This document shows positions 27,940 through 37,265 of a DNA stretch of 64,000 nt, in pieces. A model generated the notes under the pieces. The model ran no database searches, was not told the origin of the DNA, and saw only the letters and a program-made list of their open reading frames with translations. Each line of letters starts with the position of its first letter. The first letter of the stretch is position 1. A program made the translations under genes and the position numbers. The stretch is from Desulfatiglandales bacterium (GTDB taxonomy: Bacteria > Desulfobacterota > DSM-4660 > Desulfatiglandales > Desulfatiglandaceae): contig OY759599.1 in the NCBI GenBank assembly GCA_963662465.1, positions 832,001 through 896,000 on the forward strand, written 5' to 3'.

Positions 27940-28992
27940 ATGAAAGGACACATCACACTGACGCAACGGCAGGTATCGGAGTTTTTGCTGCATGTGGCCA
28001 TTGTGCGACCCGTCTTTATCTGGGGGCCGCCCGGCATCGGCAAGTCGTCGCTGGTGGCGCAGTTCGCAGAATCCGTTGGACTGACATGTGTATCATTGCT
28101 GGGCAGCCAACTGGCCCCTGAAGATATCATCGGCGTACCGCAGATAATTGACGGCAAAAGCCGCTTCTGTCCCCCCACGCTCATCGCAAAGGATGACGCC
28201 TACTGCCTGTTTTTAGATGAACTGAATGCCTGCTCCCATGAGGTGCAAAAGGCCTTCTACAGTTTGATTCAGGACAAACGGATCGGGGATTATCACCTGC
28301 CCGAAGGGTCCATCATTGTGGGGGCCGGAAACCGGGCCCAGGACAGCGCCATTGTCAAACCCATGTCTTCGGCCCTCATGAACCGGTTGGTTCACATTCA
28401 TTTGAAAGTCTCCCATCGGGACTGGCTCGCCTGGGCCGGCCAAAACAACATTCACCCCTGGGTCATGGAATACATTCAAAACCGTCCGGACCATCTGTGG
28501 GCTCAGCCGCCTAAAACCGAGCAGCCCTTTTCCACACCCCGTTCCTGGCACATGCTGAGCGATGCCCTGCACGAAATGGGGGAGGATATTTCCAATGAAA
28601 TGCTGGAAATTCTGTCCTTCGGCTGCCTGTCGCCCCACCATGCCGGTCAGTTCAAGGGGTTTATCAAACAGATTCGCAATCATTACGCATTGTCCTCCAT
28701 TCTTAAAGGTCAGACCCGGTGGCCGGATCATCCGGAGGACCGGGACGTACTCTATTTTCTGGCCCAGTCATTCCGGGCCCATCTCATTAAGGAACTGCCG
28801 CCACAAAAAGTTCAACAGAGCGGTTCCGTCAAAGATCTGGCCTACCGGTCCAAAGCCCTGATCAAACAGCTTGCCGCCATCAGCCTGGAAATTGCGCAGA
28901 TGGTGGTGTTGAAAGATGATCATGATGAGGGATTGCCCGACTGGTTCATGGTTGAAATCGCCAGGGACCTGCCAAGGATTGTGGTGAGATGA
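27940..28992 (+). CDS. MoxR-like AAA+ ATPase
   Basis: PVFIWGPPGIGKS, LFLDELN, AGNR, ALMNR and TPRSW; AAGGAGG RBS. Confidence 0.9.
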   Translation: MKGHITLTQRQVSEFLLHVAIVRPVFIWGPPGIGKSSLVAQFAESVGLTCVSLLGSQLAPEDIIGVPQIIDGKSRFCPPTLIAKDDAYCLFLDELNACSHEVQKAFYSLIQDKRIGDYHLPEGSIIVGAGNRAQDSAIVKPMSSALMNRLVHIHLKVSHRDWLAWAGQNNIHPWVMEYIQNRPDHLWAQPPKTEQPFSTPRSWHMLSDALHEMGEDISNEMLEILSFGCLSPHHAGQFKGFIKQIRNHYALSSILKGQTRWPDHPEDRDVLYFLAQSFRAHLIKELPPQKVQQSGSVKDLAYRSKALIKQLAAISLEIAQMVVLKDDHDEGLPDWFMVEIARDLPRIVVR

Positions 28993-30794
28993 TGGGTGGA
29001 AAAGACAAAAAAGGATGGGACCCCGCTACAAAAGCTTTTATGGAGGCTCTTCGTCTCCTGGAGGACGTCCCCATGCTTTCAGGATTGATGCGTCACGCCC
29101 ATGTGATGCGCAACCGGAGCATGCCCTACCCGCCGGGAAAATGGGCTTTGGGGACCTCCAACGGTGACATTTTCATCCATCCAACCCGCCGGGCCGAACC
29201 CACCGAATGGGTCTATATTATTGCCCATTGCCTGCTGCATCTGGGATTTGACCATTTCAGGGAACATGAACACTTTAATCTGTGGAATGCGGCCTGTGAC
29301 TGCTTTATCGCCCGTTTCCTGTTCCATCTAAAGCTCGGCAAACCGCCCGTTGAAATGGCAGGCGCCGTCTCATTTGCGGCCGGTTCCGAAGAGGCCCTTT
29401 ACCGGGAGTTTGCGGCACAGGGTGTGCCTTCCGAATTACAGGTTTTCAGCACAGCGGGTGCGGGCCATAACGACCTGATTCTGGAACCTGCCAAGAAGCG
29501 TTATTTTGGCGGGGACCCGGACTGGCAGAAACTTTTCAGCAGGGGTCTCTGCATGGCGGTTTCACAGGTGATCAGCGATGCCGCAAATGTTTATGACGAT
29601 GATCAGGGGGATGAAAAAGAACTGACCAAAGCCCAGAAAGCCAGAAGGTGGTTTATTTCCAGCTATCCGCTTCTGGGGTCTCTGTCCGCTGATTTCAGGC
29701 TTATTGAAGACCCGGTTCTGTGCGTCCGCATGAGGGTGAGCGTGGCCGCCGTGAACGCGGAATTAAAGGAAATCTATGTCAATCCCGCGGCTGCTCTGGA
29801 TGAGGCCCAATGCCGATTTGTTCTGGCCCATGAACTGTTGCACGTGGGGTTGAATCATCACTCACGAAGCGAAGGGCGGGATTTCTTCTTGTGGAATGTG
29901 GCCTGCGATTTCGTCATCAACGGGTGGCTTGTGGAAATGAACGTGGGCGACATGCCGGATCGCGGCACCTTGTATGACCCTGAACTGAAGGGGCTTTCCG
30001 CTGAAGCGGTGTACGACCGCATGGCGACGGACATGAGGCGGTTTCGAAAACTGACCACCCTGCGGGGGGTGGGCCTTGGGGATATGCTGGAAGGGGCTGG
30101 TTCCGCGTGGTGGCGGCGCGGGGATGGTATGACCCTGGATGAATTTTACCGCCGGTGTTTGGGGCAGGGACTGGTCTATCATCAAACCCACGAACGGGGA
30201 TATCTGCCGGCGGGCCTGGTTGAAGAAATCCGGGCCTTAAGCCAACCGCCCATCCCCTGGGATGTGGAACTGGCGCGCTGGTTTGATGTGCATTTTCTTC
30301 CCGTGGAAAAGGTTCGGTCTTATGCCAGGCAAAGCAGACGACAGTCCTCGACGCCGGATATTCCCAGACCCCGCTGGACGCTCATGCACGGGGCCATGGC
30401 GGGAAGAACATTCGGCGTTATTCTGGATACCTCCGGTTCCATGGATCGGAACCTTCTGGCCAAAGCCCTGGGCGCCATTTCCGGATACAGCATATCCAGA
30501 GATGTCCCCCGGGTTCGGGTGGTCTTTTGTGATGCCGTGGCCTATGATCAGGGGTATATGGCGCCCGAAGATATTGCCGAAAGCGTAAAGATCAGAGGCA
30601 GAGGCGGAACCGTGCTTCAACCGGCCGTCACCCTGCTTGAAAACGCGGCGGATTTCCCAAAGGACGGCCCCATCCTGATCATTACCGACGGATATTGCGA
30701 TCCCCTTCGAATAAGAAGAGAACACGCATTCGTGATTCCCAGGGGCCGGCGCCTGCCCTTTGCTCCCAGAGGGAAGGTGTTTTATATGGATTGA
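28989..30794 (+). CDS. DUF2201-type protein: two zincin-like domains plus a C-terminal vWA domain
   Basis: AHCLLH..WNAACD, AHELLH..WNVACD, DTSGS, GRGGT and ITDG. Confidence 0.88.
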   Translation: MMGGKDKKGWDPATKAFMEALRLLEDVPMLSGLMRHAHVMRNRSMPYPPGKWALGTSNGDIFIHPTRRAEPTEWVYIIAHCLLHLGFDHFREHEHFNLWNAACDCFIARFLFHLKLGKPPVEMAGAVSFAAGSEEALYREFAAQGVPSELQVFSTAGAGHNDLILEPAKKRYFGGDPDWQKLFSRGLCMAVSQVISDAANVYDDDQGDEKELTKAQKARRWFISSYPLLGSLSADFRLIEDPVLCVRMRVSVAAVNAELKEIYVNPAAALDEAQCRFVLAHELLHVGLNHHSRSEGRDFFLWNVACDFVINGWLVEMNVGDMPDRGTLYDPELKGLSAEAVYDRMATDMRRFRKLTTLRGVGLGDMLEGAGSAWWRRGDGMTLDEFYRRCLGQGLVYHQTHERGYLPAGLVEEIRALSQPPIPWDVELARWFDVHFLPVEKVRSYARQSRRQSSTPDIPRPRWTLMHGAMAGRTFGVILDTSGSMDRNLLAKALGAISGYSISRDVPRVRVVFCDAVAYDQGYMAPEDIAESVKIRGRGGTVLQPAVTLLENAADFPKDGPILIITDGYCDPLRIRREHAFVIPRGRRLPFAPRGKVFYMD

Positions 30795-30856
30795 GGGGGG
30801 GCTTCCTTCTTAAACCAAACCACATGAAGTCACAGTTGGCTGCTTCCAAACGCCGG

Positions 30857-31324
30857 CTATTTTAAACGGGGGTCAAAGGACACGGAATACGGACCGTCAA
30901 TAAAGAGCCTTTCAAAATAAGGGTGTTTGGGATTGATGAGAAAGGTTTTTTCAACGGGGTTCAAGGTGCTGGGAACTTCCAAAATTAAAGACGACATCTC
31001 TTCCGACCATTTATCTCCGATCCGTTTTGTTGATGATGACGCAGGATAGTTATTCCAGTTGGCAGGGAGGTTTTCCCGGGGGAGTTTAAGAATCAGATCC
31101 ATCGGCGCTTCCACCTGAAAGAACACATAGGAAAGCCCAAGCATGCGCTCATCCAGATGAACCAGCATTTCAAGCATAGCCAGGGAAAGCGACTCGGCCG
31201 CGTAGACCATGGGGAACAAGGCTGAATTCCAGCGTCCCGGGTTCTGCTTCGCACCCATTCCGTTAAAAGCCGCCGCAGGTGTGCTTCCAAACTTCCTTTT
31301 ACAGATGCGGTAGAGCTTTTTCAA
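30857..31324 (-). CDS. RES-domain toxin
   Basis: LYRI, GRWN, VYAAESLSLAMLE, VPS and LINP.HP motifs. Confidence 0.9.
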   Translation of the reverse strand: MKKLYRICKRKFGSTPAAAFNGMGAKQNPGRWNSALFPMVYAAESLSLAMLEMLVHLDERMLGLSYVFFQVEAPMDLILKLPRENLPANWNNYPASSSTKRIGDKWSEEMSSLILEVPSTLNPVEKTFLINPKHPYFERLFIDGPYSVSFDPRLK

Positions 31325-31749
31325 CTAAACACCCCATGTTCCAGACGTCCGATCAGGGTCATGACCTCATGAGCACCCGGCTCCGTATCCGCATATTCGA
31401 GCGGCGTTTTTCCGCAAAGTGCGGGTGCAGGTTGAGCCAGCCATGCCTTTGCCATGTCGATATTCCCTTCCATGAGGTCAATTGCCCGATCTACGATCCT
31501 GCCGATGCGAAGCAACCGTTCCGATTCATCACTCTGAAACTTATGTTCTTTTTTCCGTCGAGATAATGTTCGATGATTCACGTTGATGGCCTGGGCTAGT
31601 TTTTTTTGCGGGATATCCACCGCTTTCTGCAAGGCCTCAAATGAGCTGTAAGGCAGGCCATGCTTGATTTGATGGATAATAGCGTCCAGATTATCCGCTC
31701 TTACCCCCAGTGAATGACTTCCATAGTCCGTCATTTCTTTATTCAACAT
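31321..31749 (-). CDS. Xre/MbcA/ParS-type antitoxin
   Basis: RTLSRR..SERLLR..AKAWL..P.PAL.GKTPL..LIGRLEHGVFS; GGAGG RBS. Confidence 0.9.
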   Translation of the reverse strand: MLNKEMTDYGSHSLGVRADNLDAIIHQIKHGLPYSSFEALQKAVDIPQKKLAQAINVNHRTLSRRKKEHKFQSDESERLLRIGRIVDRAIDLMEGNIDMAKAWLAQPAPALCGKTPLEYADTEPGAHEVMTLIGRLEHGVFS

Positions 31750-31760
31750 TATGCACCTCC

Positions 31761-31800
31761 TGTCGTCATATGACAAAGGTAGCATCGCCATGTGGCGATG
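31761..31800. promoter_or_regulatory. Two palindromes upstream of the xre-res operon (candidate autoregulatory operators)
   Basis: gtcatatgac and catcgcca-tg-tggcgatg. Confidence 0.55.
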
Positions 31801-31994
31801 TCAATGGGATGTTACATACAGAACCCGGTCCGCCTCTTTGATATACGCTTCTGCGCTTTGGGCTAAAATTAACGGATTGGCGGATTGGGAACCACCGTTG
31901 GTTCGGATTGAAGGGCCGAGGGCGCGACTCCCTCAATGGGAGGGAATCGTTGCTTTAAAGCGGTTCAGGGTATACCCGCTTTCTTCATCTGCTT

Positions 31995-32453
31995 CTAATA
32001 AACATTGTTTTCCCGGATGATCGATCGAAGCAGCGACAGAACCTCTTTTTTTTGTTCATCGGAAAAATGTTTCATGTAGCGGGCAATGTTCGCGTCCTTT
32101 TCCCTGGATATGTTTTTTAATTGTTCCCTTCCTTTCGGTGTAATCTCCAGCAGGGTTATCCGTTCATCATTGGGGTCGCTTTTCCTTAAAAGAAAACCAT
32201 TTTTTTCAAGCCGTTTGGCGATTCCCGTCATATTGGCGCCCGAGACCAGCATGATTTTGCCCACATTGCTGATGGTATTCTGCCGGTTTTCGGAGCTGTC
32301 CAAGACCCGCAGAACGTTGTATTGTGGAAATGTAAGGGCATAGTTCTTGAAAATATTGGCGGAATTCTTCTTGAAAAATTCCGCCAGTCGAACGGTGACC
32401 ATCATGACCTTTTCATCGAGACTCAAGTCGTTTGTATATCCGCTATCAACCAT
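31995..32453 (-). CDS. MarR-family regulator
   Basis: LTFPQYNVLRVL and RLEKNGFLLR..DPNDER...ITPKG. Confidence 0.9.
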   Translation of the reverse strand: MVDSGYTNDLSLDEKVMMVTVRLAEFFKKNSANIFKNYALTFPQYNVLRVLDSSENRQNTISNVGKIMLVSGANMTGIAKRLEKNGFLLRKSDPNDERITLLEITPKGREQLKNISREKDANIARYMKHFSDEQKKEVLSLLRSIIRENNVY

Positions 32454-32487
32454 TATTGATCCTTTTTGATTTATATTATTTGTAAAT

Positions 32488-32701
32488 TGTAAATACATTA
32501 AATATAATATTTCATTCTGTCAACATGTTAAATAAAAAAATTCTCTTAAAAATGCTATTTCTGACGCTATTCCAGGGGCGCTAATTTCTTTCAGGGAGAC
32601 TTTTCGCTCCCATTGCAAGAAAAAGAAAATATAATTCCAGAAAAAGCTTGACAAATGGCGTCCATTTGCCATATCAAGGATTTACTTAATACATTAAATA
32701 T
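32488..32701. promoter_or_regulatory. Divergent promoter with a repeated AATACATTAAATAT box (32492, 32688) and TTGACA at 32648
   Basis: The same 14-mer occurs near both divergent starts; AT-rich pseudo-palindrome compatible with a MarR operator. Confidence 0.55.
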
Positions 32702-32783
32702 CAACATCGAGATGATCATCGTATTGAGAGTTTATCTGTTTATGACTTTTATGACTAACGAAAATTAAAAATGGAGGTTAACC

Positions 32784-34241
32784 ATGGACGTTAAAGCCAA
32801 ACTGTCTGAAGTTGTCGGGGCCGATAATTTTTCCGATGACCCAACCCAGTTGCAAGCCTATGCGACCGATTTCAGCTATACGCCTTCGGGAATGCCGAAT
32901 TATGTCGTAAGGCCCGGGTCTTCCGAAGAGGTGTCGCGGGTTGTGACATTCTGTAGTGAAAACAGTATTCCCGTTGTGCCCGTCAGCTCAAAGATTCATT
33001 TTTACGGCGCCACAATCCCCAGGGAAGGGGGGGTGATGCTGGATATGGCCCGAATGGACCGGGTGCTGGAGATCGACCCCGATAACCGGCGTGTGCGATT
33101 CGAGGCCGGGGTGACCTGGGAAAAACTGACCGAAGAATTGGCCAAGGAAGGCTTTCGGGTCATTATGCCGCTGACGCCGCCGGCGGAGCGGTCGGTTTTG
33201 ACGGACTTTATGGAGCGCGAAGAACCCACCAATCAGGTTTACGATTACGGGGAGCCCCTGGAGGCCATGGAGGTCGTGTGGCCCACGGGGGAATTGTTCA
33301 GAATGGGGTCGGCCAGCGTCAACGGTTACCCCGACTCCCCGTCCAAGGGAGGGAATCCTTCGGGTCCGGGGCTTGATTTCTACCGGTTTTTCCAGTGCGC
33401 CCAGGGGACATTCGGCGTGGTCACCTGGACCAATCTGAAAATCGAATCCATTCCCAAAATGGACAAGGTGCTGTTTGCCCCCGTTGACGATCTGGAATAC
33501 GTCACCGATTTTCTGTACCGGATTCTGCCCCGTCGCATCGGCCAGGAAGTACTCCTTTTAAATAATGTGGATCTGGCGGCGATACTGGCGGAAGACTGGC
33601 CCGCCGATTTTGAGAAACTAAAAAAGACGCTGCCCCCCTGGACCCTGATTCTGGTGGTCAGCGGCCTGTTGAGACGCCCGGAAGAGAAAATCGCCTACGA
33701 AGAGAATTTCCTGGCGGAAGTGTTGAAGAATGAATTTTCCGATCTGAAACTGGGGGAAAGTCTTCCCGGGTTTCCCGGTATGCGAAACAAAGTCCTCCCC
33801 ATGCTTCGAAAACCCTGGCCCGCAGACAAGCCCTATTGGAAGAACAGCGTCAAGGGCGCCTGTCAGAGCCTTTTCTTCCATACCCGGCCGGTTCTGGCCC
33901 AGCAATTCGTTTACCTGGTGGAGGAGATTGCGGCGCGCCATGGATACCCCATCAGCGACATCGGCATGTACATTCAGCCCATTGAGCATAACCGCGCTTG
34001 CAGACCCGAATTCAATTTCTTCTATGATCCTGATGATGCTGCCGAAGTGGCTTCAATTCGCGCCCTCTACAATGAGTTGGCCAAGGTGCTGTTGAATGAA
34101 GGGGCGGTCTTTACGAGACCCTACGGAGATCTGGCGCCCATCGTTTATGAGAAAGCCGCTTCCTACGCGACGCATCTCAAGCGGTTGAAGAAAGTCTTTG
34201 ACCCGAACAACATTATGAATCCCGGGAACCTGTGCTTCTAA
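32784..34241 (+). CDS. FAD-binding oxidoreductase (GlcD/VAO family)
   Basis: PNYVVRP, QGTFGVVT and LKKVFDPNNIMNPG. Confidence 0.88.
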   Translation: MDVKAKLSEVVGADNFSDDPTQLQAYATDFSYTPSGMPNYVVRPGSSEEVSRVVTFCSENSIPVVPVSSKIHFYGATIPREGGVMLDMARMDRVLEIDPDNRRVRFEAGVTWEKLTEELAKEGFRVIMPLTPPAERSVLTDFMEREEPTNQVYDYGEPLEAMEVVWPTGELFRMGSASVNGYPDSPSKGGNPSGPGLDFYRFFQCAQGTFGVVTWTNLKIESIPKMDKVLFAPVDDLEYVTDFLYRILPRRIGQEVLLLNNVDLAAILAEDWPADFEKLKKTLPPWTLILVVSGLLRRPEEKIAYEENFLAEVLKNEFSDLKLGESLPGFPGMRNKVLPMLRKPWPADKPYWKNSVKGACQSLFFHTRPVLAQQFVYLVEEIAARHGYPISDIGMYIQPIEHNRACRPEFNFFYDPDDAAEVASIRALYNELAKVLLNEGAVFTRPYGDLAPIVYEKAASYATHLKRLKKVFDPNNIMNPGNLCF

Positions 34242-34254
34242 GGAGGGTGCTAAA

Positions 34255-35580
34255 ATGGCCAATGAATCAAATTTCAGATATTACAAGCCAAAAGAGGAAT
34301 TCAGTCTCGATATCACTGATATGGAGAACTTTGTTTACGATATGAGCCGGTGCATCAAATGCAAGGGATGCACCTGGGTGGAGCATACTTACATGCCCGG
34401 CGCCAAATTCATGACCCGGTGCCCCAGCGCCGCCAAATACGAATTTGACGCCTACGGCGCCTACGGCAAAATGAGAATCGGCCACGCCATGGCCGAAGGG
34501 AAGCTGGAGTGGAATGAAAAGGCCCTGGAAGTGATCTACGCCTGCACCCTTTGCGGGGCCTGCGATGTGGGTTGCAAACGGAACCTGGATCTTGAAATTG
34601 AATTATCCCTGGAATCGCTCCGGGTGAAGGCGGTACAGGACGGTGTGGGACCCATGCCGGCCCACAAAAAGGTGGCGGAAAAAATCGACAAAACCCATAA
34701 CTGCTTCGGGTCTCCCCATGAAAAACGCACCGACTGGTTGCCCGAAGGGATAACGCCCGCCCAAAAGGCGGATGTGCTGTACTTTGTGGGTTGCACCGCT
34801 TCCTACATCAACAAGGAGATTGCCCAGTCCACGGTAAAGATCTTCAAGGCCGCCGGCACGGATTTCATGCTCATGCCCGACGAATGGTGTTGCGGCAACA
34901 CGGTGTTTTCCGTGGGGCTCTATGACGAGGCCAAGGCCATGGCCGAGCGGAATGTGGAAGAGATGCGCAAAACAGGGGCCAAAACCCTCATTACCAGTTG
35001 CGCTGAAGGATACCGCATGTGGAAGGTGGATTACCCGAAACTGCTCAATATTTCTACCGCTGAACTGGGATTTGAGGTGCTTCATCTGGTGGAGTACGTG
35101 GATGAAATGGTGAAGAGCGGCGCACTGGAAATGAAAAAATCGTTTGATACGCGCATGACCTACCATGACGCCTGCAGCCTGACGCGTCTCTCCGAACCCT
35201 GGACCCCTTATGAAGGAAAACGGGGATGGATGGGGTGCGTCGAGCCGAGGCTGAAGCGACGGCGCGGCCAAAACGGGGTGTATTCACAGCCCCGGGATAT
35301 CTTAAACGCCATTCCCGGCGTAAATCTGGTGGAAATGCCTCGGACGAGGGAGAACGCCTTCTGCTGCGGCGCGGGACGGGGAACCCAGGCAGCTTTCCCG
35401 GATTTTTCCACTTGGGCCGCGAAACATCGTTTGGAAGAAGTCAGGGAAATCGGTGCTGAAACGCTCGTATCCACATGTCCCTGGTGCAAAAATAATTTCG
35501 CCAATGCGGTTAAAGCCAATGGCGATGATGTGCAGGTTCTGGATATTTCGGAAGTCATCTGTGCGTCCATTGAGGGTTAG
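34255..35580 (+). CDS. Fe-S oxidoreductase with CCG domains (GlcF/HdrD-like)
   Basis: CIKCKGC, CTLCGACDVGC, WCCG, YHDAC, FCCGAG and TCPWC. Confidence 0.9.
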   Translation: MANESNFRYYKPKEEFSLDITDMENFVYDMSRCIKCKGCTWVEHTYMPGAKFMTRCPSAAKYEFDAYGAYGKMRIGHAMAEGKLEWNEKALEVIYACTLCGACDVGCKRNLDLEIELSLESLRVKAVQDGVGPMPAHKKVAEKIDKTHNCFGSPHEKRTDWLPEGITPAQKADVLYFVGCTASYINKEIAQSTVKIFKAAGTDFMLMPDEWCCGNTVFSVGLYDEAKAMAERNVEEMRKTGAKTLITSCAEGYRMWKVDYPKLLNISTAELGFEVLHLVEYVDEMVKSGALEMKKSFDTRMTYHDACSLTRLSEPWTPYEGKRGWMGCVEPRLKRRRGQNGVYSQPRDILNAIPGVNLVEMPRTRENAFCCGAGRGTQAAFPDFSTWAAKHRLEEVREIGAETLVSTCPWCKNNFANAVKANGDDVQVLDISEVICASIEG

Positions 35581-35597
35581 GCGAAAGGAGGAACATT

Positions 35598-37199
35598 ATG
35601 GCCATATCAAAAGAAATTTATAGTGTGATGGAAGCCGTTGTCGGCGCCAAAAACATTTCCGACGACCCGGTTATCTGCGAATCATACCGCAGCGGTCCGG
35701 GGGGCTATGAAAACGGGTTGGGGTATGAGCGCGTTATGACGACCATTCCGGGGTGCGTCATCATGCCCAACAATACCGAAGAGGTTCAGAAGATCGTCAA
35801 AGTCTGCTACCGAAACGATATCCCCTATGTGCCCTACAGCACGGGGTTTTATGGACCCCGATCCCATCCCCACGTGGAAGATGCGCTCCTGATTGATCTC
35901 AAGCGCATGAACGATTTTGAGCTGGATGAGAAGCATTTTTACGTGGAAGTGGGTCCCGGCATGGTTTATTCGCCCATTCAGGAAGAGTGTATGAAGCATG
36001 GGGCCTATGTGGTGATCGGCGGGGGCGGGGCACAGGCATCCGCCATCGCCAACTTGATCGGGGATGGATGGTCTCCCCTGAGCCACCGAATCGGGTTGCC
36101 CCACCGGCGTATTCTGGGCACCGAAGTGGTAATGCCCGATGGTGAGATTCTCCGAATGGGTTCCCTGGCCACGGGCGACGATCCCTTCTGGGGCGAGAGT
36201 CCGGGACCCGATCTGAGGGGAATGCTTCGAGGCTATACGGGCCTTCGGGGTTGTCTGGGCATTGTGACCCGGATGGCCATCAAAACCCTCCCTTTCCAGC
36301 CGGAGCGGCTTGTCCCCACGGGGATTTCCCCGGATACGGCCCTGGCTTTGCCGGAAAAACGAATCAAGTGGATCAATTTTACCGTGCCCTCCAAGGAGGC
36401 CCAGGTGACCGCCATGCGGGAAATCGGACATGCCGAAATCGGCGGCGCCGTCACCAAGGTGCCCCTTTTCTGGCGGTCCATTGCCAAAGCCGAGTGCAAG
36501 GAGGAATTCTGGGATTTGTGGGGAAAGGAAACCGAGGAGTCCATTGCCAACTTCTTTATCGTTCGGGTACTCCTCATCGGCTTTACCTCCGAGGAACAGA
36601 TGATCTACGACGAAAATGTGCTCATGGACATTATGGAACCTTTGGGCGGCATTGCGCGCCGTACCAAGCCGTCGGATGAGTCCTGGATCAAAAACGCCGA
36701 TTCCGCGGGCATGTGGCTCATGTGCGGCGGGTATGTGTCGGTGGATTACGTTATTGAAACCCTGACCCAGTCCGTTGAACACGGTCCCTCTTACGCGGAA
36801 GTGAAAAAGAAATACACTCCGCCGCTGATGCCCGACTATGGGGATCCGGGCTGGTTCCAGAGTTTTGAAATGGGTCATCAGGGGTATTCGGAATTCCTGG
36901 TCTACTGGGATCCGGACGACAACACGGACGGCGTGGACCAGTTCTATCTGGATACTTCCAAAATGAACATTCAGAATCGGACCTACACCTCTTTGCTGGG
37001 TCCCCATCAGCCCCTTTACCTGACCGGGCCTAAATATGGTCCCAATTACCATGAGTTTCTGTTGAAGGTGAAGGACGAGTTCGATCCCAAATGGATGAGT
37101 CACCCGCCCGTGCCCCTGGCCCACGATGTTTTTGTGGAACGGGCCCCGTGGATGCAGAATATGAAGGACTGGGAATCACCGGCGGATCTGCCGAAATAG
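35598..37199 (+). CDS. Second FAD-binding oxidoreductase subunit
   Basis: VIMPNNTEEVQKIVK, GPDLRG, GCLGIVT and KDEFDP. Confidence 0.85.
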   Translation: MAISKEIYSVMEAVVGAKNISDDPVICESYRSGPGGYENGLGYERVMTTIPGCVIMPNNTEEVQKIVKVCYRNDIPYVPYSTGFYGPRSHPHVEDALLIDLKRMNDFELDEKHFYVEVGPGMVYSPIQEECMKHGAYVVIGGGGAQASAIANLIGDGWSPLSHRIGLPHRRILGTEVVMPDGEILRMGSLATGDDPFWGESPGPDLRGMLRGYTGLRGCLGIVTRMAIKTLPFQPERLVPTGISPDTALALPEKRIKWINFTVPSKEAQVTAMREIGHAEIGGAVTKVPLFWRSIAKAECKEEFWDLWGKETEESIANFFIVRVLLIGFTSEEQMIYDENVLMDIMEPLGGIARRTKPSDESWIKNADSAGMWLMCGGYVSVDYVIETLTQSVEHGPSYAEVKKKYTPPLMPDYGDPGWFQSFEMGHQGYSEFLVYWDPDDNTDGVDQFYLDTSKMNIQNRTYTSLLGPHQPLYLTGPKYGPNYHEFLLKVKDEFDPKWMSHPPVPLAHDVFVERAPWMQNMKDWESPADLPK

Positions 37200-37204
37200 G
37201 GTGT

Positions 37205-37232
37205 GTAGGGGCGATCCACGGATCGCCCCTAC
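37205..37232 (+). repeat. GTAG-type REP-like palindrome
   Basis: gtaggggcgatccacggatcgcccctac. Confidence 0.75.
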
Positions 37233-37265
37233 TACGCTGCAAATCGTACGAAAGGAGTATCTCTT

